From positions 16,158,473 to 16,222,472 of the forward strand of contig NC_068985.1 in assembly GCF_001194135.2 (NCBI RefSeq): a stretch of 64,000 nt of DNA, written 5' to 3'. How positions within the stretch are numbered: position 1 is the first letter of the stretch; the number at the start of each line of letters is the position of its first letter. The notes beneath the pieces are model-generated. The model was not told where the DNA came from. It was given only the letters and a program-made list of their open reading frames with translations, and did no database searches. Shown piece after piece: positions 61,501 to 64,000 of this stretch. Both the position numbers and the translations under genes were made by a program. The stretch comes from Octopus bimaculoides (lineage: Eukaryota).

Positions 61501-62959
61501 AACACAATTCCACAACTAATTCCAGAGGAATTTTTGGGAATTCAAGAATGATTATACTGCACAATTTCTCCACCACAGGTGTTTTATCCTTACATGTCAA
61601 AAAGCTATTCTGGTGTTACCAATCATGCATTCCATTTAGGCATTAAAATATTTTTGTAAATGTGGCTTTTAAAGTATATAAATCATTCGGTTGTTGAAAA
61701 TAATCTACACAGTACCTTTAGTGACTATTCAATAATAGAAAAAATATGAAATACTAGCCACAAAGTGCATTTAAAAATCATCTGCTACATATTACAGTAG
61801 TATTAAACATCAAAGTTTAATAGTATAAGTTTGTGAATTCGCTTATTTTTCATTAGGTTTCATTATTTGATGTTAAACTGATTTTGTTCTGTTTAATTTT
61901 TGGTCTCATTTTATTGATTGTGCACAAATGGTTTGACAAATATTCAGTAAATCAAAGCAGACCAGTCAAGAACTACTAAGTAAGAGAGAATCAAGTTGAT
62001 GTTGAACACTTCTTCAGAGCGTAGGCGGAGACCTTAGCAACACCCATAGCTGATTTGTGTTTAATTCTAATTTTATGATTAAGGTGTATGTATGTGACGG
62101 ATGCTGCATGGCCTAATGGTTAAGATGCTTGTGTCACAACCAACTGCACAGATGCTAATGTACAGCATCAGAACAAACATCTTTTCCCATAGCCTCAGGC
62201 CAACCCAAGTCTCAAGAGATTGGGTAGACAGAAACTGGATAGATTGTGTCTGTAACACAAAGATCCAAATTGTCATATAGCAATTGATTCTGCTTGAGAA
62301 GTGTTAAAGCTAAACATTTTATGTGGAATGCTCAGCCAGTTACATGCTAATCCAATGAGTAATTAGTCCAGTTGACCAAACAACCAAATGGAGAGCCATT
62401 ATATATAGGTGTGTGCATGTACATACAATTATAAGCTTAAAGATAGACTGATTGTACAAAGAAAGCGATCACCAAAAGGCTTTTTTTTTTTCAACATTTC
62501 CCATCTCACCTTTCAAAATTTACCGTTTGAAACTTTGAACAATAGTCTCTTGAGTTGCATTTTATATTCTTTTTTTTCTGTCTTCTTCCTTCCTTTCTTT
62601 TGTATTCATTTTTTTTTTACCTTCTTTCTTTTGCATTCATATTCTTTAATCATGAAGTACTTCTTCCCACATTGTAAAGCTCTTACTCTTTGATACTGCT
62701 CTTCCACATCTTTCATTTTCTTTTGTCCTTTTTTTTTTTATAGGAGATTACTCCATTTGCCTGTGTAGAACATCACCACTCTACTCTTTACTATTTGGTG
62801 TAGCTTTCTTGCTTATCACCACAGCTGTTGGATTTAACTACAAATATGCACAATACAAGTGTATTTTGGTAATTCAAGAAAACTAGAAAGAACTCATCAA
62901 CTGGAAGTGAATGCAATGGTGTGAAAATGTGTAGGCAAAAGGACTGTTGAATGTTAGAT

Positions 62960-63650
62960 ATGATGTCTGACAAAGGATTGTAGCAATAGAAAAATTCATC
63001 TCCATTGTAAAAGCATTAAAGCTCATAAAGTCAACAGTAGGAGCAATAAATGACAATAAACACAAAATTAGGTCAAACACTCAAGCAGCTACTTCATTAA
63101 CTGCTTGGACATTGATACAGTGCCAAGTGTAATATTTCCAACAAATTATTGATCCTTTTAGACAATGCACCAAGCCACCTAGTAAATATAAATTAGATTT
63201 CAGATAATACGTGAGTAAACTATATCCTCAAGAACACAAATATTTTGCTCCTGTCAATGGATCAAGGTGTGAATGCTAACTTCAAGACATGCCGTCTAAG
63301 AACTTTGAACCAATTAAAAAGAAAGAAAAAAAAAATCAATTGAATTGGAAGATTAACATAGAGTTAAGGACTTCTGGAAAGTTCAACATTATGGATGCTT
63401 GGATAACACAGCCACATAGTCAAAAAGATGAGATGAAGTGAAACCCTCAGTTTTGAACATGTTTGGAAAAATATATGGCCTGTCTGTATAGGTAACCTTA
63501 CCATGTTTTCTACAAGCAGAAAGTCTATTTGAAATTCATCAAATCATATGACACTAACAACTGATGCATGGCTTGAAGAAGTCATGGAAGATGATGTAGT
63601 TGAGTTATTAGAATCCTGTAGACAGTCTATTTAAAGAGGAGCTGATTCTG
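62960..63650 (+). mobile_element. Decayed pogo/Tigger transposase
   Basis: IVKALKLIKSTVGAINDNKHKI (psq-type HTH), LILLDNAPSH, MDQGVNANFK and VWKNIWP fragments typical of DDE_1 Tigger proteins. Confidence 0.7.
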
Positions 63651-64000
63651 TTAGAATGCAGCAGTCATTTGTATGCCTGTGATCACATAACCACATGACC
63701 AATCAGACTATCAGATGGTCAAAATGTGCTTTGCATCGTTTTAGCCTTCACTGGCTAAAACGATACACACATACATACATACATAGGCATGACAGTGTGA
63801 TTTTTAAGTTTGGTTCTCAACCATGCAGTTCCAGTACAGTCCCACTGTGTGACACTTTGAATACATGCCTTCTATAGCTCAAGTTCAAACAAAGCCTTGA
63901 TGGAAAGTGAAAGAAGCTGAGTGCCACTGTTATACAAGTGGTGTCGTTCATTTCCAATTTATCATGAAAATGTCCAGTCATGGAGGAAATATTATCTTAC

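Overview
AT-rich, microsatellite- and SINE-dense eukaryotic DNA with 11 N-gaps. The repeat families look like those of a coleoid cephalopod, probably Octopus; this is from recollection and was not searched. Two spliced genes are supported. (1) HSPBP1/Fes1, an Hsp70 nucleotide-exchange factor, on the minus strand: five phase-compatible coding exons at 51235-42812, one cut by a gap; the first coding exon was not found. (2) An unnamed plus-strand single-pass membrane protein with a Ser/Thr-rich stalk, a TM helix and an acidic Tyr-bearing tail (exons ~18958-19138, 21126-21225, 25686-25997). The rest is four SINE families, CR1-, RTE- and R4/Dong-like LINE fragments, Penelope-like elements, and mariner, Tigger and hAT fossils and MITEs. 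The most notable unexplained structures are: three to four minimal type-I hammerhead ribozyme motifs in unrelated Penelope-like repeats with direct/inverted terminal architecture; an HSPBP1 stop codon overlapping a splice donor, reminiscent of yeast Fes1S/Fes1L; several long intronic hairpins that could be ADAR substrates; a pre-miRNA-like hairpin at 200-291; and a Rab-like G4 motif fossil. All coordinates were read by eye; repeat boundaries are approximate.
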